Shown here: piece by piece, positions 1 through 8,155 of the stretch | How the letters are laid out: each line of letters starts with the position of its first letter | How positions within the stretch are numbered: the stretch's first letter is position 1 | NCBI RefSeq assembly: GCF_000820225.1 | Contig: NZ_CDDK01000025.1 | Location: forward strand, 153,041-177,040 | Direction: 5' to 3' | Length of the DNA stretch: 24,000 bases | Source: Aeromonas veronii bv. veronii | GTDB lineage: Bacteria; Pseudomonadota; Gammaproteobacteria; Enterobacterales; Aeromonadaceae | Program-made: the position numbers and the translations under genes | Notes under the pieces: model-generated | What the model was told of the DNA's origin: nothing | The model's input: the letters and a program-made list of their open reading frames with translations, nothing else | Databases searched by the model: none

Positions 1-724
1 TCGCGGTCAGGCTGATATAGGGGAAATCGAACACCCCATCGGCATTAGCCTTGATGGTGCCCGAGTCGGTGTAATAGAGGCGAACGTGGGGCTTGTCCTT
101 GCCCCCTTGCCAAATCAGGGTATTGCCATCGATAAGATGAGCGCTGGCCCCCGCCACGCCAAAGGCGGCGGTAAAGGCTTCGGCACGGCTGCCAAACAGA
201 TCTTTCTTGCCCGCGACGATAGCCACGGTGCGATCCGGATGCTCACTGAAGCTCACCTTCATATCGCTGCCGGTCAGGTTGGCCAGATCGCCGTTGCGAG
301 CGATAAAGTTGATGCACCCTTCCACATTTTTGAGCGGCACGACCCAGGCCGGACCAAAGCTGTCGGCAGTGGCAGGAGTCTTGCTCTTGTCATCCCACCC
401 GGTATTCAGGCCGCTATCAGAGGTAGCGTTACAGGCATCGTTGTTCCAAAGGTGCAGGCTGTGGCTGTCAAACGGTGCCTTGGCCCCTTTGGCTGCCGAC
501 TGGGTATCCACCAGCGCAATGACCACCTGATTTTCGCCGGCAACCAGCAACTCTTTCGGGGGATCCATCTTGGGCAGACGAGCGACAGGCCCATCGGTGA
601 CTTCAGGTGTAGGCGGTGTAGGGGGGACGGGGTTCACACCGGAGGCATCAGAGCTGTTGTCATTACAGCCAGACAAAAGCGCGAGCAGTGAGGCTGTTAC
701 CAGCGCCACTTTGGTCTTTTTCAT
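1..724 (-). CDS. pulA: Pullulanase lipoprotein, N-terminal ~240 aa (the gene continues beyond the left window edge)
   Basis: This ORF is missing from the supplied track because it runs off the window. My minus-strand translation from the ATG at 724 (an alternative ATG lies at 730) gives MKKTKVALVTASLLALLSGCNDNSS..., which carries a lipobox LLSGC. It continues ...LHLWNNDACNATSDSGLNTGWDDKSKTPATADSFGPAWVVPLKNVEGCINFIARNGD...VSFSEHPDRTVAIVAGKKDLFGSRAEAFTAAFGVA...LIWQGGKDKPHVRLYY. This is collinear with the N-terminal region of Klebsiella PulA as I remember it. Confidence 0.85.
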   Translation of the reverse strand, partial: MKKTKVALVTASLLALLSGCNDNSSDASGVNPVPPTPPTPEVTDGPVARLPKMDPPKELLVAGENQVVIALVDTQSAAKGAKAPFDSHSLHLWNNDACNATSDSGLNTGWDDKSKTPATADSFGPAWVVPLKNVEGCINFIARNGDLANLTGSDMKVSFSEHPDRTVAIVAGKKDLFGSRAEAFTAAFGVAGASAHLIDGNTLIWQGGKDKPHVRLYYTDSGTIKANADGVFDFPYISLTA

Positions 725-992
725 ATCCATATTTTTATAATTCCCGCTGTAGTTAGTCTCGATAGTCGAGCACCCGGTCATTGCCAGGCGGTGCCATATT
801 AATCAGCGGAAATCGATTCAAATGTGAGCGGAAAGGCAAAAAAACCATCCAGTTTCAACAAGATAACGTTTTCAGACTGAAATTTCGATCCGGCTCACAG
901 ACCTCGCGGCCATTTGGCCTCATATCTGGAAAACGGCAGTCACGGGGTCAGAAAAGCAATGTCTGATCAAGTGGATAGACAAGGAGTAAACA

Positions 993-1406
993 ATGAAACG
1001 GATTGAAGAACAGGCAAGACGACTCGATCAGGAGTATCAGGCGATCGGGCAGCTGTTCGACCAGTTTTGCCAGCAGGCTGGCACCCTGGCCGAGCAGTAT
1101 CACTTCTTCAACTGGCCCGATTATGAAGACTCGCCCCCGCTGAGCCGCGCCTTCACCCTGCTGGGGGAACCCCGCGAACTGCGGCTGCGCTGTCAGCCCG
1201 GTGAGCGATCCGCCCTCAATGGCCTGATCCAGGTGGTCTCGGAGGATGGCACCATAGATGCCAGCCTCGGGTTTCGCGCAGATGGTCAGCTGCTGCTGGA
1301 GTCCGGCAAGCTGCTGGACAACCCGCCCGGACTACTGCTCAAGCTGCTGCTCGGCGCTGTGTGGCAACACAAGCCCCAGGATGAAATCACCGGGCAGCCG
1401 CACTGA
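993..1406 (+). CDS. Hypothetical cytoplasmic protein, 137 aa, no recognisable domain
   Basis: The ORF is preceded by the SD-like sequence caaggagtaaacaATG. Third-position GC bias is similar to the neighbouring genes. There is no signal peptide or TM segment, and I recognise no family. Confidence 0.6.
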   Translation: MKRIEEQARRLDQEYQAIGQLFDQFCQQAGTLAEQYHFFNWPDYEDSPPLSRAFTLLGEPRELRLRCQPGERSALNGLIQVVSEDGTIDASLGFRADGQLLLESGKLLDNPPGLLLKLLLGAVWQHKPQDEITGQPH

Positions 1407-1435
1407 CATCAGAGTGCCAACGGCACTGAAACCAA

Positions 1436-1460
1436 GGGGGCCAAGGGCCCCCGTTATTTA
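1436..1460. terminator. GC hairpin between convergent genes, possibly a bidirectional terminator
   Basis: GGGGGCC-aag-GGCCCCC is followed by gTTATTTa. It lies between the stop of the 993-1406 ORF and the stop of the CDF gene, and overlaps the latter's stop. A second small hairpin, gtgcc-aac-ggcac, lies at 1414-1426. Confidence 0.4.
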
Positions 1461-2419
1461 TCCTGTTCGCTGGCGATTTCGATGGTCACATGCACCAGCT
1501 CTTCATGGATCGCCAACCGTTCGCGGATCTGCTGCGCCGGTAGCGGATTGACCATCAGCAAAGAGAGCACGCAGGCATACTGCTGCTGCCCTACCCGCCA
1601 GACATGCAGATCGCGAATATCAGTGCCCGGCAGTTCGGCAATGACCTCGCGGATCTCCGCCACCAGCGGGGTATCCATCTCGGCATCCAGCAGCACCCGA
1701 CCGGAGTCGCGCAACAGGCCCCAAGCCCATACAGCAACCAGCCCTGCACCCACTATGCCCATCAGCGGATCCAGCCAGTCGGCCCCCCACAACATACCCC
1801 CAGTCAGCGCCAGAATCGCCAGCACGGAAGTGGCCGCATCCGCCAGCACGTGGATATAGGCGGCGCGCAGGTTGAGATCCTGATGGCCGTGGTGATCGTC
1901 ATGGTCATGATGATGGTCGTGGCCGTGATGCTCATGATGGTGGTCATGCCCATGGTGATGGTGGCCGTGATCATCCTTGAGCAGCCAGGCACAGGCGAGA
2001 TTCACCAGCAGCCCCACCAGCGCGATGGCGATCGCCTGTTGATAGTGGATCGGGCTGGGATCGAGCAGCCGGAACACCGACTCGAACAGCATCAACCCGG
2101 CCACTCCTACCAGCAACAGGGCGCTGGTGAAGCCACCCAGCACCTCGATCTTCCAGGTGCCGAAGCTGAATCTGTGGTCGCTGGCGAAATGGCGGGCGGC
2201 GCGGTAGGCCAGCACAGAGAGACCGAGCGCCAGTGCGTGGGAGCTCATGTGCCAGCCATCCGCCAACAGCGCCATGGAGTTGTAGAACCAGCCGCCGCCA
2301 ATCTCCGCCATCATCATGATGACGGTCAACAATACGGCCCAGCGGGTCTTCTGTTCGGCCAGCGGATTGCCCTCGTGGATGACGGGTTGATGACAGTGTG
2401 ATTGAGCGAGGGATGACAT
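1454..2419 (-). CDS. Cation diffusion facilitator (CDF) metal efflux protein with a long His/Asp-rich cytoplasmic loop; probably Ni/Co (DmeF-like) or Zn
   Basis: I chose the ATG at 2419 (MSSLAQSHCHQ...) because it follows ctcaggagaaatccATG. The longer track ORF starting at 2446 would run into the operator. CDF hallmarks are a TM2 LLADGWHMSSHALAL, a TM5 IHVLADAATSVLAI (HxxxD) and a C-terminal dimerisation-domain-like DIRDLHVWRVG. The loop reads DDHGHHHHGHDHHHEHHGHDHHHDHDDHHGHQD. Confidence 0.85.
   Translation of the reverse strand: MSSLAQSHCHQPVIHEGNPLAEQKTRWAVLLTVIMMMAEIGGGWFYNSMALLADGWHMSSHALALGLSVLAYRAARHFASDHRFSFGTWKIEVLGGFTSALLLVGVAGLMLFESVFRLLDPSPIHYQQAIAIALVGLLVNLACAWLLKDDHGHHHHGHDHHHEHHGHDHHHDHDDHHGHQDLNLRAAYIHVLADAATSVLAILALTGGMLWGADWLDPLMGIVGAGLVAVWAWGLLRDSGRVLLDAEMDTPLVAEIREVIAELPGTDIRDLHVWRVGQQQYACVLSLLMVNPLPAQQIRERLAIHEELVHVTIEIASEQDK
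1881..1975 (-). repeat. Codon-level low-complexity tract (CAT/CAC/GAT/GAC) encoding the His/Asp-rich loop of the CDF protein
   Basis: The plus strand reads ...atggccgtggtgatcgtcatggtcatgatgatggtcgtggccgtgatgctcatgatggtggtcatgcccatggtgatggtggccgtgatcatc. This is an imperfect atg/gtg/atc triplet repetition, which is the complement of His/Asp codons. Confidence 0.6.
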
Positions 2420-2449
2420 GGATTTCTCCTGAGAGCGATGATGCAATAT

Positions 2450-2467
2450 ACTATACCCCAGTATAGT
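2450..2467. promoter_or_regulatory. Probable RcnR/CsoR-type operator in the divergent CDF-rcnR promoter region
   Basis: ACTATAC-CCCA-GTATAGT is a perfect 7-bp inverted repeat flanking a C tract. This is the AT-rich-arm plus G/C-tract layout known for RcnR and DmeR operators (TACT-G/C tract-AGTA type). Each arm reads TATAGT on its own strand, which is -10-like for each divergent gene. Confidence 0.65.
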
Positions 2468-2490
2468 TTTATTGATCGAGAGGATCCGTC

Positions 2491-2766
2491 ATGTCCCACA
2501 CCATTCACGACAAAAAAAAGCTGCTGGCACGGGTGCGCCGCATCAAGGGACAGGCCGGTGCGCTGGAGAGCGCGCTGGAGCAGGAGAGCGACTGCGCCGC
2601 CATTTTGCAGCAGATCGCCGCCATCCGCGGAGCCGTCAACGGCCTGATGCTGGAGGTGCTGGAGGGACATATGCGCGAGCATCTCGGCGCCGCCGATGCC
2701 ACCCCGGCCGAGCGGCTGGAGGATCTGGATCAGGTGGTCAGCGTCCTGCGATCCTATTTGAAGTAA
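2491..2766 (+). CDS. rcnR: RcnR-type Ni/Co-responsive transcriptional repressor (CsoR/RcnR/FrmR family)
   Basis: The 91-aa product, MSHTIHDKKKLLARV...SDCAAILQQIAAIRGAVNGLMLEVLEGHMREH..., is near-collinear with E. coli RcnR as I recall it (MSHTIRDKQKL...CAAVLQQIAAIRGAVNGLM). I counted ligand positions His3, Cys35, His60 and His64, which give the RcnR H-C-H-H fingerprint. An SD gagagga sits upstream. Confidence 0.85.
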   Translation: MSHTIHDKKKLLARVRRIKGQAGALESALEQESDCAAILQQIAAIRGAVNGLMLEVLEGHMREHLGAADATPAERLEDLDQVVSVLRSYLK

Positions 2767-2893
2767 GCAGGATCGCGGCGACATCCCTTCAGGCTCGACC
2801 AGCGTCGGGCTTGAGCCACCGCCAGCTTTGCGCCATGATGTCCAGCCCGGCTGACCGCCGGTTTTACTGGACAGTCAATTTCAAGGATCCCCC

Positions 2894-4090
2894 ATGTTTG
2901 AACACGTCGATGCCTATGCTGGCGACCCCATCCTGACTTTGGTCGAGACCTTCCACAAAGACACCCGCGAGCAGAAGGTGAACCTGGGGATCGGCCTCTA
3001 TTACGACGAGCAGGGCCGCATTCCGCTGTTGCCGTCGGTGCAGCAGGCCGAAGCCCAGCGCGCCGCCGCCCCGGCCCCGCGCCCCTACCAGCCGATGGAA
3101 GGCGCCGCCAACTACCGCACTGCGGTGCAGCACCTGCTGTTCGGTGCCGACCATGAAGCGGTCAAGGCGGGACGTATCGCCACCATCCAGACCATCGGCG
3201 GCTCGGGCGCCCTGAAGATCGGCGCAGATCTGCTCAAGCGCTACTTCCCGACCTCCGAGGTGTGGGTCAGCAATCCCACTTGGGACAACCACAAGGCGAT
3301 GTTCGAGGGGGCCGGCATCAAGGTGCATGACTACCCCTACTACGATGCTGCCACTGGCGGCGTGCAGTTTGATGCGATGATCGACTGCCTGAGCAGCCTG
3401 CCGGCCAAGAGCATCGTGCTGCTGCACCCCTGCTGCCACAACCCGACCGGGGTGGATCTCTCCTGTGCCCAGTGGGATCGGGTGATCGCGCTGGTGGTCG
3501 AGAAGAACCTGATCCCCTTTATGGACATCGCCTATCAGGGCTTCGGTGATGGACTGGAAGAGGACGCCTACGCCATCCGCGCCATGGTGGCCGCCGGTGT
3601 CAGCTTCTTTGTCAGCAACTCGTTTTCCAAGAACCTCTCCTTCTACGGCGAGCGCTGCGGTGGCCTGTCGGTCATCTGCAAAGATGCCGAAGAGGCGAGC
3701 CGGGTGCTGGGCCAGATGAAGGCCACCGTACGCCGCAACTACTCCAGCCCTCCCACTCACGGTGGCCAGATCACCGCGGCGGTGATGAGCCAGCCCGAGC
3801 TGCACGCCATGTGGGTCGATGAAGTGACCGAGATGCGCACCCGCATCAAGGCGATGCGCCAGAAGCTGTTCGAGGTGCTGAGCGCCAAGGTGCCGGGCCG
3901 CGATTTCAGCTACTTCATCAACCAGCGCGGCATGTTCAGCTACACCGGCTTCACCCCGGAGCAGGTAGATCGCCTGCGCGAGGAGTTCGCCGTCTATCTG
4001 GTACGCTCCGGCCGCATGTGCGTGGCGGGCCTCAATAGCCGCAACGTCGACTACGTAGCTGACGCCATGGCGGCGGTGCTCAAGGGCTAA
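2894..4090 (+). CDS. tyrB: Aromatic-amino-acid aminotransferase (class I PLP aminotransferase)
   Basis: The 398-aa product has [16 protein letters not shown]..., [31 protein letters not shown] and [20 protein letters not shown] (PLP lysine in SFSK), plus [12 protein letters not shown]. It is clearly closer to E. coli TyrB than to AspC at the N-terminus and around these motifs. Confidence 0.9.
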   Translation: MFEHVDAYAGDPILTLVETFHKDTREQKVNLGIGLYYDEQGRIPLLPSVQQAEAQRAAAPAPRPYQPMEGAANYRTAVQHLLFGADHEAVKAGRIATIQTIGGSGALKIGADLLKRYFPTSEVWVSNPTWDNHKAMFEGAGIKVHDYPYYDAATGGVQFDAMIDCLSSLPAKSIVLLHPCCHNPTGVDLSCAQWDRVIALVVEKNLIPFMDIAYQGFGDGLEEDAYAIRAMVAAGVSFFVSNSFSKNLSFYGERCGGLSVICKDAEEASRVLGQMKATVRRNYSSPPTHGGQITAAVMSQPELHAMWVDEVTEMRTRIKAMRQKLFEVLSAKVPGRDFSYFINQRGMFSYTGFTPEQVDRLREEFAVYLVRSGRMCVAGLNSRNVDYVADAMAAVLKG

Positions 4091-4098
4091 TCCGCATC

Positions 4099-4124
4099 AG
4101 CCCCGCTTTGGCGGGGCTTTTTGT
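4099..4124 (+). terminator. Rho-independent terminator of tyrB
   Basis: AGCCCCGC-tttg-GCGGGGCT is followed by TTTTTGT, 9 nt after the tyrB stop. Confidence 0.8.
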
Positions 4125-4150
4125 CTGTTTCATTCGCTTGTGGAGTCGTT

Positions 4151-5083
4151 ATGGATCTGATCGCACTCTCGAGATTGGGCGGTCGCCATCTGGTCACCCT
4201 GCACCTGCTGCTCGACAACCAGAGCGTCACCCGCACCGCCGAGCGGCTCTGCACCACCCCTTCCACCGTCAGCAAGACCCTCAACCAACTGCGGGATCTG
4301 CTGGGGGATCAACTGCTCTACCGTCAGGGAAACCAGCTGTTGCTCACCCCCATGGCCGAGCGACTGGCTCCCACCCTGCACCGGTTGTTGGGGGAGCTGA
4401 ACGGCCTCACTCGCCAGAACGCCTTCAACCCGCAGCAGTGGCAGGGCAGCTTGCGGCTGGGATTGCGCGAGAGCGTCATGACCTGGCCGGTGGGCCCCAT
4501 TCTGGGTCAGCTGATGCAGGAGGTGCCGGGCATGGTGCCGGAGATCTGGAACAAGGATGAGCAGGGGCTGGAGGCGCTGACAGCGGGCAAACTCGACTTC
4601 GTGATCCTGCCCCATGACCAGAGCCAGCCGTTGCCGCGCCAGCCCGGGCTGGTGTGGGAGACCCTGCGGGAAGAAAAACTGGTCTGCCTGCTGCGCAAAG
4701 ACCACCCAGCGCTGGCCAAGCCCTGGGATCTCGATGCCTACCTGAGCTGGCGCCATATCGCCATCCGGGATCAGGAGCTGGCCAACCCCTTCTTCGAGCA
4801 GAGCCTGGCCCAGCAGCAGGTGCGTCGCCAGATTGGCGCCACTCTGCCCGATTTTGCCAGCGCGGCGGCCCTGCTGCCCCAGACCGATCTGATCCTCACC
4901 GCCATCGGTGGCTGGGCGGCCTGCATGGCCAGTCAGCCGGATCTGGTGATGCGTCCGGCACCGTTCGATTACGGCAAGGTGAGTCACAGTCTGGTCTGGT
5001 ATGGCCCGGCCGGTGATGGCTCGGCCCGTCACTGGTTCCGCCAGCGGATCCTGCAACTGGGTCGCGAATTGATTGAGCCCTGA
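4151..5083 (+). CDS. LysR-family transcriptional regulator (YidZ-like)
   Basis: I chose the ATG at 4151 (tggagtcgttATG) over the track start at 4121, which lies inside the tyrB terminator. The N-terminal wHTH is LVTLHLLLDNQSVTRTAERLCTTPSTVSKTLNQLRDLLGDQLLYR. The C-terminal segment CLLRKDHPALAKPWDLDAYLSWRHIAI resembles E. coli YidZ. Confidence 0.85.
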   Translation: MDLIALSRLGGRHLVTLHLLLDNQSVTRTAERLCTTPSTVSKTLNQLRDLLGDQLLYRQGNQLLLTPMAERLAPTLHRLLGELNGLTRQNAFNPQQWQGSLRLGLRESVMTWPVGPILGQLMQEVPGMVPEIWNKDEQGLEALTAGKLDFVILPHDQSQPLPRQPGLVWETLREEKLVCLLRKDHPALAKPWDLDAYLSWRHIAIRDQELANPFFEQSLAQQQVRRQIGATLPDFASAAALLPQTDLILTAIGGWAACMASQPDLVMRPAPFDYGKVSHSLVWYGPAGDGSARHWFRQRILQLGRELIEP

Positions 5084-5105
5084 GCCGGACGACAACGAGC
5101 AGAGA

Positions 5106-5133
5106 TTGATGTTTCACCGCGGCGAAACATCAA
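5106..5133. terminator. Perfect 10-bp hairpin between convergent genes (terminator-like, no clear U tract)
   Basis: TTGATGTTTC-accgcggc-GAAACATCAA lies between the LysR stop (5083) and the DUF1820 stop (5147). Confidence 0.4.
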
Positions 5134-5146
5134 GGGCAATAAGGGA

Positions 5147-5470
5147 TTAGGGACGTTTGGTATAGATGGGGCTGGGGAAGGAGGCGACGTTGCTGCCCAG
5201 ATCCGTGATGCGGGCAGCCCCCTGCTTTTTCACCTGATCGATGCGCAGCACCTGATGCATGGGAATAAGGGTCTGGCGCACATCGGCAAATTCGCTCTTG
5301 AGCTTCTCGTGACTGGGATCGACGATAAGCGCCGTATGGTTATCCCAGACAAAATCGGCAATCTCGATAAAACCGAACAGCTGGCCCTGATTGACTTCGC
5401 GCACATACACTTCGTAGCGCTCGCTGTGGCAAATAAACTGAACTCGATATAACGCCTTGCTTTCACTCAT
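5147..5470 (-). CDS. DUF1820-family small protein
   Basis: The 107-aa product has LYRVQF...YEVYVREVNQGQLFGFIEI.DFVW......IVDPSHEKLKSEFADV...IPMHQVLRIDQV. This matches the conserved pattern I remember for DUF1820 proteins of Pseudomonas and other gammaproteobacteria. The SD is weak. Confidence 0.65.
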   Translation of the reverse strand: MSESKALYRVQFICHSERYEVYVREVNQGQLFGFIEIADFVWDNHTALIVDPSHEKLKSEFADVRQTLIPMHQVLRIDQVKKQGAARITDLGSNVASFPSPIYTKRP

Positions 5471-5608
5471 GATTATCTGTCATTGAGGGGTAAGAAGATG
5501 GCCATTATTCTAGCCGCCGTTCTCGCCCCCTCCAATAGACAGAAATCACAGTTGCGGCCTTTCCATGCCACACCTAACGCCATGACGGTCACCGGATGAC
5601 GCAGCCAC

Positions 5609-6496
5609 TCAACCCATCAAGGCAGGCAGTGAGACCAGCCCCAATCCCGCTGCACGCAAACGGCTGGCCAGCTGTTCCAGCTCGGTTTGGCTAGCCTCTG
5701 GCCATTGCATCGCCTCCCCCCGCACCCCGTGGTGGCGAAAGCCGTTGAGGCGAATGGGCACAGGCCCAAGCTGCTGCAAGAAGGCGGCAAGATCCGCGTC
5801 CAGCTCACCATTCGCATCCAGAAAATCGCTCTTGCCCGGCACATGGAGCAGCCGCAACTCGGCCAGCTTGCCGTGGCGTGCCAGCAGTTGCAGCGATCCC
5901 AGCACCCGCTCGCGACCATAGCCGGTCAGAGTGTGATGCACCGAGTCACGCCACCCCTTGAGGTCGATCATGGCGCCGTCGAGCACCGGCAGCAGCCGCT
6001 GCCAGCCGGTTTCGGCCAGCGAACCGTTGCTGTCGAGCAGGCAAGTGAGATGGGTCAGATCCGGCGCGGCCTTGATGGCGGTAAACAGAGCCGCCACGAA
6101 AGGAAGCCGGGTGGTCGCCTCACCGCCGGAGACGGTAATTCCGCTCAGCAATGGACCATAGCGGCGCAGCAGGGCCAGCACATCGTCCACCGTCATGGTG
6201 GCAGTCTTGGGGTTGGCACTGCGCGGGCAGACATCCAGACAAGCGTCGCAGTCGGTGCAGAGCGCCGTCTGCCATTGTACCTTGCCTTCGCTCAAGGTGA
6301 GGGCGCCGCTCGGGCAGACCGCAAGGCAGTCACCGCAATCGTCGCACAGCCCTATGGTGTGCGGGTTGTGGCAGCCGGGGCAGCGAAAGTTGCAACCCTG
6401 CAGAAACAGCACCAGCCGGTTGCCCGGCCCGTCGACACAGGAGAACGGCAGCACCCTGCTTACCAGGGCGCTGCGTGTTGGCAAAACATCAGCCAT
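5609..6496 (-). CDS. yjjW: Glycyl-radical-enzyme activating radical-SAM protein (YjjW type) with two extra ferredoxin-like clusters
   Basis: The 295-aa product has FSCVDGPGNRLVLFLQGCNFRCPGCHNP (CX3CX2C radical-SAM motif preceded by the activase VDGPG motif). It also has CDDCGDCLAVCP and CTDCDACLDVCP (two CxxCxxCxxxCP motifs) and the SAM-binding-like motif ITVSGGE. It starts 11 nt after the yjjI stop. Confidence 0.8.
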   Translation of the reverse strand: MADVLPTRSALVSRVLPFSCVDGPGNRLVLFLQGCNFRCPGCHNPHTIGLCDDCGDCLAVCPSGALTLSEGKVQWQTALCTDCDACLDVCPRSANPKTATMTVDDVLALLRRYGPLLSGITVSGGEATTRLPFVAALFTAIKAAPDLTHLTCLLDSNGSLAETGWQRLLPVLDGAMIDLKGWRDSVHHTLTGYGRERVLGSLQLLARHGKLAELRLLHVPGKSDFLDANGELDADLAAFLQQLGPVPIRLNGFRHHGVRGEAMQWPEASQTELEQLASRLRAAGLGLVSLPALMG

Positions 6497-6506
6497 CGGT
6501 GCGAAC

Positions 6507-8033
6507 TCAATACTCGCCGATGGTCGATTCGTGGGCGACCACTCGCGGAGCTCGCTGACGAATGGCGGTCACTTCACTCGCCTCCGCACCGAGACAGGTG
6601 GTCTGCAACCGCGAGCCTTCTTCTGCAAAGCGGGCCACGTCGCTCTTGCGGATCATGTAGCCGGTCACCCGCACCAGATCGCTGTCGGCCACGTTGGCGG
6701 TGAACTCGCGCATACCGATGGCGAGCGCCCCTTTGCAGAGCTGCAGCAGTGCCTGCGGGTTCTGACGGATGGTGGGATCCAGCGTCAGGATCTCGCTGAT
6801 CCCCGAATGGTAATAAGTGTGGTGCGGCGCCAGTGCCAGCACATGGCTTGCCGGATCCGGCTCATGCCCGTAGGGGATGCGCACCCCGGGAGTGACCGCT
6901 ACATCGATGCTGAGGCCACCCTGTGAGTGCAGCAGCGCGCGACCACCCCAAGCATGGGTTTGCGGCGTCGCAGTGACATATTCCGAGAGCTGGGCCGAGA
7001 TGCGATAGCCAAGCTGGTTCGCCTCCTCGCCATGGCCGTAGCGATCCGGCAGATTCTCTTTATCCATCAGGATATTGACCGCTTCCGCCATGCCGTAGAT
7101 GCCGAACATGGGGACAAAGCGATCCTCATCCAGCAGCCCCTCTTTCACCAGGAAGCTGTCGAAGAAACCGGACTCATCGTGAAGGAAGGCGGCCCGCGCG
7201 TCGATCAGCTGAGAGGCCAAGCGGCAGTAATGGGGCAGCAGGCAACCGAGGAAATCATCGATCCCCTGACACTGCTCGGCGACCCGCTTGAGGGAGATGC
7301 GCACCAGGGTATTGGCGCCACCCGCCTGCGGCAGGGCGTTGTAGCAGCTGACGATACCAAAACCACGAGCGTCGAAGGTATCGCGGTGGATCGGGTAGTT
7401 GGCGATGTGCGGCTTGCTGCACTCGGCGATGTTCTTCACCGCCTGCAGCAGCAGATCGTCCGGGGTCTGCTCCGGATCGTGGAAGAAGGTGAGGTTCGGC
7501 GCCACCTGCTTGAGCTCGTTGTCGATACGCAGGATCAGGCGGCAGATGCGGTTGTCATCCGGCCCGATGTTGACGTGCATGAAGGCGTCCGGCAGCACCC
7601 TGTCCAGATAGACCCAGAACCCCTTCAGCTTGTGATAGAGGGTCTCGTCATCCAGTTCGCCGACGAAGGGCAGCAGCAGGTGGTCGAGCCGCCCCAGCCA
7701 GACCGGCATGCCGGTAACGGAGGGGACATGGTGATAGAGGATGCGCAGGGCGTTGAGCGCCTCGTCGAAATCCTGCGGCGCCGCCAGCTCAAGCCAGGCA
7801 GAGCCCTGAGTCAGAAATTTTTCATAGTCCGGCAGCACATAACGCGGCTTGTAGGGGGCGTGCCCTTCGAACATGTCGCAGATAAATCCCTGCTCCATCG
7901 CCTCGGCGACTGCGGCAGGCAGGTCGGGGTAGGGCAACGCATTCTCGGCGGCCAGCGCCAGCGCGTGGCTCTTCTGGGCAGCGGAGAGATGGGGATCGCG
8001 CACGATACGCTGACAGGTTTCGATCAAAGACAT
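6507..8033 (-). CDS. yjjI: Short atypical glycyl-radical enzyme of unknown function (YjjI / DUF3029 type)
   Basis: I chose the ATG at 8033 (gaaggagtgtcccATG), giving 508 aa; the track start at 8132 has no SD. A glycyl-radical fingerprint, DLVRVTGYMIR (RVxGY), lies about 60 aa from the C-terminus. The size and the pairing with a YjjW-type activase match E. coli yjjI-yjjW. Confidence 0.8.
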   Translation of the reverse strand: MSLIETCQRIVRDPHLSAAQKSHALALAAENALPYPDLPAAVAEAMEQGFICDMFEGHAPYKPRYVLPDYEKFLTQGSAWLELAAPQDFDEALNALRILYHHVPSVTGMPVWLGRLDHLLLPFVGELDDETLYHKLKGFWVYLDRVLPDAFMHVNIGPDDNRICRLILRIDNELKQVAPNLTFFHDPEQTPDDLLLQAVKNIAECSKPHIANYPIHRDTFDARGFGIVSCYNALPQAGGANTLVRISLKRVAEQCQGIDDFLGCLLPHYCRLASQLIDARAAFLHDESGFFDSFLVKEGLLDEDRFVPMFGIYGMAEAVNILMDKENLPDRYGHGEEANQLGYRISAQLSEYVTATPQTHAWGGRALLHSQGGLSIDVAVTPGVRIPYGHEPDPASHVLALAPHHTYYHSGISEILTLDPTIRQNPQALLQLCKGALAIGMREFTANVADSDLVRVTGYMIRKSDVARFAEEGSRLQTTCLGAEASEVTAIRQRAPRVVAHESTIGEY

Positions 8034-8155
8034 GGGACACTCCTTCACGGACAGAGCCCATATCCTTACCATTTGCAGGCTTTTTTTGAAGTGACATTCA
8101 TGACATGACGGATGTCGAATAATGACATCCATTACACAAGATCACGGCTCACGCT

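Noticed and set aside
823-899. CRP-like half-sites lie in the pulA upstream region: TGTGA-gcggaa-aggca at 823-838 and TTCGA-tccggc-TCACA at 884-899. There is also a single GGATGG resembling a MalT box.
   Set aside because: Only one half of each site matches TGTGA-N6-TCACA, and one degenerate MalT-like hexamer is not evidence. These are too weak to call.
2767-2893. I searched for a TyrR box (TGTAAA-N6-TTTACA) upstream of tyrB.
   Set aside because: Only ggTTTTACtggacaGTCAAtt is present, and its half-sites are in the wrong relative orientation, so there is no credible TyrR box.
4130-5095. Very long antisense or shadow ORFs mirror real genes. Examples are 4130-5095(-), 6927-8108(+), 5687-6703(+), 11328-13043(-), 21976-23226(-), 2864-3805(-), 9990-10868(-), 1604-2401(+), 86-691(+), 19411-20136(+) and 20536-21192(+).
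   Set aside because: Each lies opposite a gene with strong family-level motifs. Their translations are Arg/Gly/Ala/Pro/Gln-rich low-information sequence with no motifs and no SD. This is the usual stop-codon-poor antisense frame seen in high-GC DNA.
8092-8130. Three TGACAT repeats (8092, 8101, 8123) and the inverted repeat GGATGTC-gaataat-GACATCC (8110-8130) lie between the azlD stop and the yjjI start.
   Set aside because: This could be a weak terminator for azlCD (no U tract) or an operator for yjjI. It matches no known consensus; I checked FNR TTGAT-N4-ATCAA and found no match. I cannot discriminate between the options from sequence alone.
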